Source: a virus. From it: DNA of 64,000 nt. Shown here piece by piece: positions 27,849 through 36,334 of this stretch. The DNA is taken from the IMG/VR virus record IMGVR_UViG_3300028734_000021, positions 4,094 through 68,093 of that record. One strand, given 5' to 3'. Each line of letters starts with the position of its first letter. The stretch's first letter is position 1. The translations under genes and the position numbers were made by a program. The notes under the pieces are model-generated. The model had not been told where the DNA came from. It saw only the letters and a list, made by a program, of their open reading frames with translations, and did not search any database.

Positions 27849-28634
27849 ATGAAAACTGAAAATAAAACTCATAAAGTTATTGGAAAATCTGACGATCATG
27901 GAACATTTAATGTTTTTGTTGGAACTGAAGAACAATGTAAAATCAGATTAGATAAAGAAAATGAAATGAATCTTGAATTTGAATTTTCTATTATTCCATT
28001 ATCAAAAAAATTACATACACACAAAGTAATTGATACTTTTTCAGAAGCTTCTTATTTTTCTGGAAGTGAATATGATTGTTATGAATTTATTGATGAAGAA
28101 AAAATTTCAGGAGATGCTAAAGTTGTTCTTTTAAATGATGAAGAAAAATTATTTTTTGAAAGATTATCTAAAAAATCAATTATTAAAACTGAAAATAAAA
28201 CACATAAAGTTATTGATGAAACTCTTCATGAAGATGAAGGTCAAGATTGTATTGTTGGAACATTACAAGAATGCAATGATTTTATTTCAGAACAAAATAC
28301 TATTGGTTTGAATGTTGTTCCTTTAATTGGTATTGAACTTCAATTTCATAATAGAGTTCCTATCAAAGAAAAATCAGATAAAGTTAAATCAGAAGAAAAA
28401 TTTGATTATTTCAAACATGAATTACTTGCAATTCTTCATTGTTTTGAAGATAATATTTTATTTGATTATTCTATTATTGATATTATTATTATTAAAATAC
28501 CAGAATATTCAAGTCCATTTTATTTGGAACATGAAAAAATTGTTAAAATTAAAAAATTGTTGAATGATTATTTTATTCAAAGTTCAACAAATATTATTGA
28601 AAATATGATTGTAATTAATTCAAAACTAAATTGA
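27849..28634 (+). CDS. Hypothetical protein with three internal repeats
   Basis: THKVI..G(T/S)..C repeated three times. Confidence 0.7.
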   Translation: MKTENKTHKVIGKSDDHGTFNVFVGTEEQCKIRLDKENEMNLEFEFSIIPLSKKLHTHKVIDTFSEASYFSGSEYDCYEFIDEEKISGDAKVVLLNDEEKLFFERLSKKSIIKTENKTHKVIDETLHEDEGQDCIVGTLQECNDFISEQNTIGLNVVPLIGIELQFHNRVPIKEKSDKVKSEEKFDYFKHELLAILHCFEDNILFDYSIIDIIIIKIPEYSSPFYLEHEKIVKIKKLLNDYFIQSSTNIIENMIVINSKLN

Positions 28635-28635
28635 A

Positions 28636-29100
28636 ATGAATACTATAGTCTCACATGCATTAAAATTGTTTTTGATTGAAAATGATTTTAATTTTATTCC
28701 TGTATTTGAAACATTTGGAACATTAGGTGATTTAATTAAAGAAAATCCTGATCTTTCAAATACAAAAACATTTATTGTTATATTTATCTGGAAAAGAAAA
28801 AATGATGATAAAGAAACACTTATTAGATTACCAATGATTATAAATGAAAAATGTAGTAATCGTTTGAAATATGAATTTGATAAAGATGAAAATAAATTTA
28901 TTTTCACTATTGATGTTAATGGACAAAGTAATGATAATTGTTTTTCAAAAGGTAAGAATTTTTATGCTCCATTTGCTTCTGATGGTTCTTTATTTTCAAA
29001 AACAATATTGGATTTAAAAACATTTTTACGTTATAAAGATGATTGGATGAAAATGTTTCCAACTGATCAATGTTGGCAATTTGTTGAAGAATTAAAATAA
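28636..29100 (+). CDS. Hypothetical protein
   Basis: Operon ORF. Confidence 0.7.
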   Translation: MNTIVSHALKLFLIENDFNFIPVFETFGTLGDLIKENPDLSNTKTFIVIFIWKRKNDDKETLIRLPMIINEKCSNRLKYEFDKDENKFIFTIDVNGQSNDNCFSKGKNFYAPFASDGSLFSKTILDLKTFLRYKDDWMKMFPTDQCWQFVEELK

Positions 29101-29121
29101 CATAAATTCAAAATATATTCA

Positions 29122-29201
29122 AATCATTAAGGGTTCAGATGAAAAATAATAAAATATTTTTCGTCTGAACCCTTATATTTTTTAAATTTCTTGGATATAT
29201 A
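29122..29201 (+). promoter_or_regulatory. Stem-loop/promoter cassette, copy 1 of a 65-bp direct repeat
   Basis: TAAGGGTTCAGATGAAAAATA / TATTTTTCGTCTGAACCCTTA plus CTTATA-N15-GGATATATA; 29122-29186 identical to 30510-30574. Confidence 0.75.
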
Positions 29202-29243
29202 ATTAAGAATGAAAATATTAATAATCAATAAAAATATAATATT

Positions 29244-29579
29244 ATGTCAATATTCATTAATAATAAAACAGTAAATGCACTAAATGTTGGAATGTTAGCA
29301 TATCCAATTGGTCGCGAAAAAGATTCATATTACATTAATTCTTGGTTTACTCAAGATATTGAAACTAAAGTAATAATAGTTGAACATGAATTGGTAAAAA
29401 ATTTTTTAGGTCCTGAAAAGAAAAAAGGAGTTAAATATAAGGAAGGTGTTAAATTCAGAGAATTATTGCTTAAAGGAACTTATAAACAATGTCTTTATTA
29501 CTTTCAGTATAATGTAATGAATACTGAAAAAGAATGGATTAAAGATGAAAAAGGATATGAAATTTATCCTGAAGATTAA
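29244..29579 (+). CDS. Hypothetical protein
   Basis: ORF after promoter. Confidence 0.65.
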   Translation: MSIFINNKTVNALNVGMLAYPIGREKDSYYINSWFTQDIETKVIIVEHELVKNFLGPEKKKGVKYKEGVKFRELLLKGTYKQCLYYFQYNVMNTEKEWIKDEKGYEIYPED

Positions 29580-29602
29580 TTAAATTTAAATAAATCAATT
29601 TT

Positions 29603-29806
29603 ATGTCGAAAACATTAGTTCAGTTATTAACTGAAATGCAATCATTTGTTCCAGGAATTACTTCAGAAGAAATTGAAAAAGCTGAAAAATTAATATTACC
29701 TGTTTCTCAAGCTAATGCTGTAAATGAACTTAGAAGAGATTGGATTAATTGTAAGTATGATGAATGTCCTGAAGAATTAGTAAAAGAACTTAGATACTTT
29801 ATTTAA
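29603..29806 (+). CDS. Hypothetical protein
   Basis: Operon ORF. Confidence 0.65.
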   Translation: MSKTLVQLLTEMQSFVPGITSEEIEKAEKLILPVSQANAVNELRRDWINCKYDECPEELVKELRYFI

Positions 29807-29807
29807 T

Positions 29808-30071
29808 ATGGAAGTAAAAATAACAGTTCAAAATGACTTTAATGGATTTTTCGAAGCTTTTACAAAAGACTTATTTTCTAAAATTGAAAATCCAGACATT
29901 AAAGAAGTAATAATATCAGCTGAACCTTATAAAGATTCTGATGTTGCTTTTGCTTTTAATCAAAAAACAGGACTTTTAAAACTTGAATATTATTCAGCTG
30001 TAAGAGTATTTGGTTGGAGTTTTAATACACTTGAATTAATTGAAGAATTTAGAAAATTTAAACTTATTTAA
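29808..30071 (+). CDS. Hypothetical protein
   Basis: Operon ORF. Confidence 0.65.
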   Translation: MEVKITVQNDFNGFFEAFTKDLFSKIENPDIKEVIISAEPYKDSDVAFAFNQKTGLLKLEYYSAVRVFGWSFNTLELIEEFRKFKLI

Positions 30072-30083
30072 AAACAACATATT

Positions 30084-30488
30084 ATGATAATTACAACATT
30101 TAACACAAACAGTATTGAACTGGTTAGAGCTGAAGTGAATAAAAGACTTCAAAATATGTCCATAGAATTTGGAATTGATTTACATTGTGGTCATTGTACA
30201 TATTCAAGTGATGAAATGAATTTCAAACTTGATGTGAAATTTGCAGGAGCTGATCTTGAAAAAACAAAGTTTCAAAGAAATTGTTTTTATTATGATTTGA
30301 AATCAACTGATTATCATAGAAATTTCATTTATGAAAATGATAGATATGTGATAGTTGGTATTAGTACAAGTTCAAAAAAATATCCAATTAAGGTAAAAAG
30401 AGCTGATGGAAAGGCATTTAAATTCACTTCAAGTTTGGTCAAAAAATGTTTAGATGTAAAAGTAATTGATATTGATTCAATGATTTAA
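30084..30488 (+). CDS. Hypothetical protein
   Basis: Operon ORF; KYPI..RADGKAFKF motif. Confidence 0.7.
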   Translation: MIITTFNTNSIELVRAEVNKRLQNMSIEFGIDLHCGHCTYSSDEMNFKLDVKFAGADLEKTKFQRNCFYYDLKSTDYHRNFIYENDRYVIVGISTSSKKYPIKVKRADGKAFKFTSSLVKKCLDVKVIDIDSMI

Positions 30489-30509
30489 TCAAACATAGTT
30501 TGAAATAAT

Positions 30510-30589
30510 AATCATTAAGGGTTCAGATGAAAAATAATAAAATATTTTTCGTCTGAACCCTTATATTTTTTAAAATATTTGGAAATATA
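30510..30589 (+). promoter_or_regulatory. Stem-loop/promoter cassette, copy 2 of the 65-bp direct repeat
   Basis: Same hairpin plus CTTATA-N15-GGAAATATA. Confidence 0.75.
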
Positions 30590-30632
30590 TAATATATGAA
30601 AATATAATATGTAATTCAAAATAAAATATATA

Positions 30633-31055
30633 ATGGAAAACAAATATATCATTGATAATCCGAAAGATTTTATACTTGCTGGAAAATCGAATTTCACACT
30701 TGAAAATATTAAAACAAATGTTCATTTAACATTTAGTGTTACAAAAGTTGCTGAAAAACAAATGTATTATATTGGTGTTTGTACGAAATATGAAGGTTAT
30801 ATGTTTATTGGTTGTTTATATACCAATAAGGATTTGACAGAATTTTCATTCATTAAAGGAAAGAAATTAAATCCAGATGAAGAACAACTTTCAATCAAAG
30901 CATTTAATTATATAAAAGCAGATTATCTTGAAAGAAATATTCCCAATGAAAGTATGAAATTTTATCATCATGGTCATTGTTGTAGATGCGGACGAGTATT
31001 GACAACTCCTGAAAGCATAAAAGCAGGTATTGGACCATTTTGTGCTGGATTATAA
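30633..31055 (+). CDS. DUF6011-like zinc-binding protein
   Basis: C-terminal GHCCRCGRVLTTPESIKAGIGPFC. Confidence 0.7.
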   Translation: MENKYIIDNPKDFILAGKSNFTLENIKTNVHLTFSVTKVAEKQMYYIGVCTKYEGYMFIGCLYTNKDLTEFSFIKGKKLNPDEEQLSIKAFNYIKADYLERNIPNESMKFYHHGHCCRCGRVLTTPESIKAGIGPFCAGL

Positions 31056-31067
31056 ATCAATAATATT

Positions 31068-31295
31068 ATGGAAACATTAGTATATGAAATAAGAACAATT
31101 AATTCAAATTGTTATTGGAAACATTCACTTTATTCTAATGGAACATTATTCAGTGAATATTTGAAAGAAAAAATTACAAGAGGAAATTGTTCAATTGAAA
31201 CTATCAGAGAAAAAGAAAAAAGTCTAACTCAAGATCAAATTGAAAAATTCAAATTAAAAAATAAACAATATTTTTCATATTCTCAAACAATTTAA
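31068..31295 (+). CDS. Hypothetical protein
   Basis: Operon ORF. Confidence 0.6.
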   Translation: METLVYEIRTINSNCYWKHSLYSNGTLFSEYLKEKITRGNCSIETIREKEKSLTQDQIEKFKLKNKQYFSYSQTI

Positions 31296-31305
31296 AACCA
31301 ATATT

Positions 31306-31728
31306 ATGATAGTGCAAATGTCAATTTTAAGAAAAGAAAATAATGATATTAATCAATTGAATTTTATGTCAATTCAATTAGATGATGATGAAAAATATTT
31401 TTGGACTAATCAAATAACATTCACACCTGAAGGATTTATTGATTTTTGCAAAAGACAACTAAAAGAATTATTACAAAATGAAACTGAAAATTCAAAATTA
31501 CAATTATTTTTTGTTGAAGATTTAGAATCAGAAGCAAAATGCATTTATGATTTAAAAGAAGATTATGTTGTTATTTTTGAAAGCGAAATAAAAATCTATC
31601 ATGAAATTTGCGAACGTGAATTGAATTTTATTCATTGGCATAATTATGCAAAAGAGTTGAAATGTGATTACAAACACAGACAAGTGTCAATTCCAGATTT
31701 AAATAATTTCACAGGTTTTGACGTTTAA
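31306..31728 (+). CDS. Hypothetical protein
   Basis: Last + strand ORF before the repeat array. Confidence 0.65.
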   Translation: MIVQMSILRKENNDINQLNFMSIQLDDDEKYFWTNQITFTPEGFIDFCKRQLKELLQNETENSKLQLFFVEDLESEAKCIYDLKEDYVVIFESEIKIYHEICERELNFIHWHNYAKELKCDYKHRQVSIPDLNNFTGFDV

Positions 31729-31745
31729 AAACGAAATAAAAGCGA

Positions 31746-31801
31746 AATAAAAATCAGATTAAAACAAATTAGTTTATATTTGTTTTGATCTGATTTTATT
31801 T
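31746..31801. terminator. Long hairpin, likely terminator
   Basis: AATAAAATCAGATTAAAACAAAT / ATTTGTTTTGATCTGATTTTATT. Confidence 0.65.
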
Positions 31802-32112
31802 GAAAAACATGTTTACGTACCAGTAAATAATGAAAATAATGAACATATCAAGACATATATCAAGGAATTTAATTATATTACACATATGGTGTTTATTTAC
31901 AGGTGCGTTTTGTCTTCATATGTTTACTTACAGGTGCGTTCAAATGAATATTAAATTATTTTTGATACTCTCCGAAACTTGTTTGAAACTAATTTCCACA
32001 TAAATACGCACCAGTAAATTAGTCTTATATGTTATATTTCAAGACATATATCTTGTAATTAAATTCTATTCGATTATTATGCTTTTTTACTGGTGCGCTA
32101 TTTTGATTTGTA

Positions 32113-32155
32113 TACAAAAAATCCTGTCAGAACAAATCTGACAGGATTTTTTGTA
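32113..32155 (-). terminator. Intrinsic terminator (symmetric)
   Basis: TACAAAAAATCCTGTCAGA-ACAAA-TCTGACAGGATTTTTTGTA. Confidence 0.75.
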
Positions 32156-32208
32156 CAATAAATTACCTTGAATTAAGCAACTATTTTTCATTTGCTGTTG
32201 CACTTATA
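32113..32208 (-). ncRNA. Putative ~95-nt small RNA
   Basis: Bracketed by promoter motif and terminator; internal GCAAC/GTTGC hairpin; no ORF ends before the terminator. Confidence 0.4.
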
Positions 32209-32216
32209 TTGTATTA

Positions 32217-32246
32217 TATATATCCGAATAATCATTGAAATATAGG
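32217..32246 (-). promoter_or_regulatory. Phage promoter motif
   Basis: CCTATA-N15-GGATATATA on - strand. Confidence 0.65.
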
Positions 32247-32391
32247 CAAATTGGAAACTATTTTCAAGCTATTTTAAAACGCACCTGTAAAATATCAATA
32301 TATGTTGTAATTCAAGGCATATATCTTGTAATTAAATTCTGTTTGAATATGATAATAATTTACTGGTGCGTTTTTTTGTTTTGAAGTAAAA

Positions 32392-32465
32392 AAAATTACC
32401 GAATTTATATAATACTTAACTCCTTACTACAGTCGTCGATAAGTATTTTTAAATTCGGTAATTTT
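32392..32465 (-). terminator. Long hairpin after the 32936 gene
   Basis: AAAATTACCGAATTTA..AATACTTA / TAAGTATT..TAAATTCGGTAATTTT; A-run on + gives a U-tail on -. Confidence 0.6.
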
Positions 32466-32468
32466 ATT

Positions 32469-32936
32469 TTAGAACTTTTCCGAAAATTTTACTTCTTTTG
32501 AATTTTCCAAAATGCTTGCTTGTAAAGCAACTTCTTCATTTTTGAAAACTAATTTCGCAGCAGATAATTTTCTGTTTGAAATTTTCAACAAAGTATTTTC
32601 AACCAGGAATAAATTTTTGGTGAAATTTACTTTTTGAGAATTTGCAACAATGAATGCTTTCAAAGCAACTTCGTTATTTTTGAAAATCAATTTTGCAGCG
32701 GACAATTTTTTGGTTGAAACATTGTACAAAAGACCTTCAATCAAAAATAATTTTCGTTTTTCTGATTTTCTTTTCTTTTTTGTTTCGACAACAACTTCGG
32801 CAACAACTTGAGCAACAACTTGAGCAACAACTTCAGGAACAACTTCGATAACAACTTTTGGAGTACGTACTTTTTTAGTTTTTACAACTTCAGCAGGAAC
32901 GATAGAATTTTCGATTGAATTTTTAACTTTAGTCAT
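32469..32936 (-). CDS. Basic protein with two tandem ~46-aa domains
   Basis: LFLIEGLLYNVSTKKLSAAKLIFKNNEVALKAFIVANS / LFLVENTLLKISNRKLSAAKLVFKNEEVALQASILENS; VVAQ/VVAE repeats; own promoter and terminator. Confidence 0.8.
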   Translation of the reverse strand: MTKVKNSIENSIVPAEVVKTKKVRTPKVVIEVVPEVVAQVVAQVVAEVVVETKKKRKSEKRKLFLIEGLLYNVSTKKLSAAKLIFKNNEVALKAFIVANSQKVNFTKNLFLVENTLLKISNRKLSAAKLVFKNEEVALQASILENSKEVKFSEKF

Positions 32937-32985
32937 GATGTTTAATTTTTTTAGTGTTTATAATGTGTGTGTTATTATTGTATTA

Positions 32986-33015
32986 TATATATCCGTATAT
33001 TCTCGATTATATGGG
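32986..33015 (-). promoter_or_regulatory. Phage promoter motif
   Basis: CCCATA-N15-GGATATATA on - strand. Confidence 0.7.
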
Positions 33016-33211
33016 TAAAACGAAATTTATTTTCAAACTATTTTTGTTAAAACGCACCAGTATAATAACATATTTAAAACGCACCAGTAAAATACATTAC
33101 TTATGTACAAATCAAGCACAATATGTTACCATATTGTTTATATCGAATTTTGAATGATTTTTACTGGTGCGTTTTTATCTATTTGTTTCAAATCAGTTCC
33201 TTAATATACGA

Positions 33212-33242
33212 ACACGTATGTGTACATGTGTGCACACGTATG
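33212..33242. other. 31-bp alternating purine-pyrimidine tract at the array's symmetry centre
   Basis: ACACGTATGTGTACATGTGTGCACACGTATG. Confidence 0.8.
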
Positions 33243-33443
33243 GAGTTTCATTGAAGCGTACCTGTACTATAAATAAACAAGACAAAACGCACCTGTAAAT
33301 AAAGTCAAAATTTCAAGTATTTACAACTATCAAGACATATAACAAGTATATTGATATTGCAATATTATTTACAGGTGCGTTTTAACTTGAATCTGATACA
33401 GGTACGTATTTATGAAAATAGTTTGAAAATAAATTTCGTTTTG

Positions 33444-33473
33444 CCCATAATATCATGATTAATCGGATATATA
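33444..33473 (+). promoter_or_regulatory. Phage promoter motif
   Basis: CCCATA-N15-GGATATATA. Confidence 0.7.
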
Positions 33474-33555
33474 TAATATAAGAATACTACATTATAAATT
33501 CTTTAAATGTTATTTCAAACACTTAAATTTTTTAACAAAAGTTTTTCTTGTTTTC

Positions 33556-33585
33556 CCCATAATTATTAAAATATCGGGATATATA
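33556..33585 (+). promoter_or_regulatory. Phage promoter motif (second, tandem)
   Basis: CCCATA-N15-GGATATATA. Confidence 0.7.
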
Positions 33586-33637
33586 TAATACAAATAATTT
33601 ACACAACTTAATTTATAAACTTTTAAAACTTACAATC

Positions 33638-34315
33638 ATGTCAAAAAAAGAAAATGTTACCGTTCCTGAAGTTACCGTTCCTGAAGTTACCGTTCCTGAA
33701 ACTTCTGCTCCTGTTGAAATGACCATGACAGATGGTCTTGAATCAACTGATGATGTTCCCCTTCTTCCAACTGACGAAAATGGAAAAATTGATTTTTCGT
33801 CCCGTGCATATCTTGAATCACACAAACCCGTTGTTACTGTTGAATTTGCAAGTTCAAAGTTTGACCCAATTCGTGAAGCAAAAGTTCAGGATGGTTTGGA
33901 TGCTGTTTCTGAATTACTTGGTGACAAAATAAATCCACTGGTTATCCTTTTGGCTCGTTATTGGGAAATTAAACCTGCACGTTCTGCGATCAAGAAAATG
34001 ATCGACGCTGAAGCAAAAGCAAAAAATATACCTGAAGACAGGTATTTGCAAATTGATCTTCGCAAAAATGTTGATACCCTTGCTTCTTTGTCTCAGGCCA
34101 TTGACCGCATGAAATATGCAATTACATACTTCAAACCTCGTGCCGGTATCGATTCCAAACCTGTTTTCCAAATGATGTCAATCGATGGCGTTATGTTTAA
34201 CGTTGACTTGAATGTTTTGGCTATGGCTAAAGAAACTTACAAAGAAGACAGAGTTGCTCTGAAAGCTTTTTTAGCTGAAAATTCTGTAAAAGTTGTTATC
34301 GACGAATTACTTTAA
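33638..34315 (+). CDS. Hypothetical protein, paralog of 19423, sharing a C-terminal domain with 32936
   Basis: VTVPE x3 N-terminus; C-terminal MMSIDGVMFNVD..LAMAK..RVALKAFLAENS; two promoters. Confidence 0.85.
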   Translation: MSKKENVTVPEVTVPEVTVPETSAPVEMTMTDGLESTDDVPLLPTDENGKIDFSSRAYLESHKPVVTVEFASSKFDPIREAKVQDGLDAVSELLGDKINPLVILLARYWEIKPARSAIKKMIDAEAKAKNIPEDRYLQIDLRKNVDTLASLSQAIDRMKYAITYFKPRAGIDSKPVFQMMSIDGVMFNVDLNVLAMAKETYKEDRVALKAFLAENSVKVVIDELL

Positions 34316-34336
34316 TCAACTTACAAATACTAAAAT

Positions 34337-34366
34337 AAATGACCCGTTTTTAACGGGTCATTTTTT
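34337..34366 (+). terminator. Intrinsic terminator
   Basis: AAATGACCCGTT-TTT-AACGGGTCATTTTTT. Confidence 0.8.
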
Positions 34367-34698
34367 GTTTGAAACATGTTTACGTACCAGTAAAATTTTA
34401 TCATAATCACATTAAATTAAATTACTTGCAATATGTCTTGAAATACAAAACATAAGGTTATTTTACTGGTGCGTTTGAATACAAAATCATAGTATATATG
34501 TATATTATTCAAATCAATACATATATGATATTTCATTTAAACACACCTGTAGTATAATGAAACAAGACAAAACGCACCTGTAAAAAATTGATTAAAATGA
34601 CGTATTTGAAACAAACCTTGGTATTTGTCTTGAAAAATGATAAAACAAATAGTTTTACTGGTGCGTTTGAAAATAAATCGAAAATAACTCGAATTTTA

Positions 34699-34728
34699 CC
34701 CATACTTTTAGGATTAATCGGATATATA
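34699..34728 (+). promoter_or_regulatory. Phage promoter motif
   Basis: CCCATA-N15-GGATATATA. Confidence 0.7.
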
Positions 34729-34763
34729 TAATATTAGAATATACACTTTTAAAATATACTATT

Positions 34764-35009
34764 ATGATAGTCTGGAATGAATTTAATGAAAAAACTGACC
34801 TTCAAAAAATAATTGATTTGGTTGGAATGCAAACTGAACGTGAATCAAATCCAATTTTAGTAATGGTAAAATTTGCACTTTTTGATAATGTTTTTAGACC
34901 TTGTATGGCACATGTTAATTTATTCACAAATGTACCAAAAATTAATGTTGAAGGTATGTCTGGAAATGTTAAAATATCACATTGGACTGAAATTAATTTA
35001 CCTAAATAA
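34764..35009 (+). CDS. DUF551-like small protein
   Basis: N-terminal W and C-terminal ISHWTEINLP pattern. Confidence 0.55.
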   Translation: MIVWNEFNEKTDLQKIIDLVGMQTERESNPILVMVKFALFDNVFRPCMAHVNLFTNVPKINVEGMSGNVKISHWTEINLPK

Positions 35010-35017
35010 TATTTAAA

Positions 35018-35176
35018 ATGGAATATACTATTATCAAAAGTACTATTTGTAACGATGTTATTGCAAATATAAATGTACATTTAACTGAAGGTTGGAAAAT
35101 ATCTGGATCTTTACAAACAACAATTCTAAAAGGTTTCAATAACATAGAATATGCTCAGGCACTTATTCGTGAATAA
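35018..35176 (+). CDS. DUF1737-like small protein (52 aa, not in ORF track)
   Basis: MEYTII..INVHLTEGWKISGSL..YAQALIRE. Confidence 0.6.
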   Translation: MEYTIIKSTICNDVIANINVHLTEGWKISGSLQTTILKGFNNIEYAQALIRE

Positions 35177-35185
35177 TATTAATCG

Positions 35186-35219
35186 AATTTAGCTCGGAAT
35201 TAGTTCCGAGCTAAATTTT
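35186..35219 (+). terminator. Intrinsic terminator
   Basis: AATTTAGCTCGGAA-TTAG-TTCCGAGCTAAATT. Confidence 0.7.
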
Positions 35220-35552
35220 ACTCAAACCATATTTACGCACCAGCAAATTTTGATCATAATAACATACAATCATTTTCCTTATAATTCCACTTGAAAAATC
35301 AATTTACAAACTTATTTACTGGTGCGCTAATTTATATTCGATTGAATATATGTAATTTTTGCTCAAATACAATATAATATATATTTCATTCAAACGTACC
35401 TGTATTTTAGTGTATCAAGACAAAACGCACCAGTAAAAAACTAACTATATTTGAATATTTGAAATTTACTGGACATTTGTCTTGATAACTAAATTTAAAT
35501 TCATTTTTACTGGTGCGTTTAACTCAAATTTTTAAATATTTATCTATTTCTA

Positions 35553-35582
35553 CCCATATTTGTTGAATTAATCGGATATATA
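35553..35582 (+). promoter_or_regulatory. Phage promoter motif
   Basis: CCCATA-N15-GGATATATA. Confidence 0.7.
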
Positions 35583-35617
35583 TAATATAATAATATACAA
35601 TTTTAAAAAATACTAAA

Positions 35618-35743
35618 ATGGCACCACTTTACATCTTTATTTCGGTTATCACAATTATTTGTATTTTTTCTTTAGCAAACAAATTAGCTAAATTGAATAG
35701 CTCAAATTTTATTGTTAAAATTCTGAAAAATCTTTATTTTTAA
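35618..35743 (+). CDS. Small membrane peptide (41 aa)
   Basis: MAPLYIFISVITIICIFSLANK...; directly after promoter. Confidence 0.5.
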   Translation: MAPLYIFISVITIICIFSLANKLAKLNSSNFIVKILKNLYF

Positions 35744-35753
35744 ATTGAAATTT

Positions 35754-35876
35754 ATGGAATCAGTTTTTATATATTTAATAATATTTTTTGTTTGTTACTT
35801 GATTAAACATCATATACTAATAAAAAATAAAATATCAAATTTCATAAAATCATTTATTAATGCAAACAAAAAATAG
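35754..35876 (+). CDS. Small membrane peptide (40 aa)
   Basis: MESVFIYLIIFFVCYLIKHH... Confidence 0.45.
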   Translation: MESVFIYLIIFFVCYLIKHHILIKNKISNFIKSFINANKK

Positions 35877-35903
35877 TTCGGTAAACAAACCGAACTATTT
35901 TTT
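35868..35903 (+). terminator. Intrinsic terminator
   Basis: AAAAAATAGTTCGGT / ACCGAACTATTTTTT. Confidence 0.7.
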
Positions 35904-36037
35904 ACTCAATTTCAAATTAACGTACCAGTGAATTTTCATTATAATCACATAAAATTAATTTCCTTGTCAAATGTCTTGAAAACTAAATTTAAATCATATT
36001 TTACTGGTGTGTTTACTTGAAAATAAACTATGTTCTA

Positions 36038-36067
36038 CCCATTATTTAATGATTAATCGGATATATA
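36038..36067 (+). promoter_or_regulatory. Phage promoter motif
   Basis: CCCATT-N15-GGATATATA. Confidence 0.65.
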
Positions 36068-36100
36068 TTAATAAAAATACTAATTTAAAACAAATATATT

Positions 36101-36334
36101 ATGTCAGAAGAAAACTAAATTAAAATTCCATTAACATTTGAAGAGAAAAAACAATTGTTAAATGAAATTGTTAAAGATTATGGAATGGGATTTATGACTA
36201 TTCACGGATTTATTGCACAAATATTTACAATATCTTGGAATTAGTTTGAATTTAGTTTGATTGAACAAACATTAGATAAATGTTTTGAATTTAAACTTGA
36301 TTCTTTTCAAATATTTTTGGGATTAAAAAAATAA
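36101..36334 (+). pseudogene. Probable decayed small gene with two in-frame stops
   Basis: MSEEN*IKIPLTFEEKKQLLNEIVKDYGMGF...SWN*FEFSLIEQ...GLKK*, between promoter and terminator. Confidence 0.4.

Noticed and set aside
32954-33157. 67-aa + strand ORF
   Set aside because: Non-ATG start; runs across a promoter and repeat arms; no coding character
31815-36012. Units as integron attC sites or IS/MITE ends
   Set aside because: Spacers are not palindromic along their length; no RYYYAAC/GTTRRRY ends, target duplications, integrase or transposase are visible
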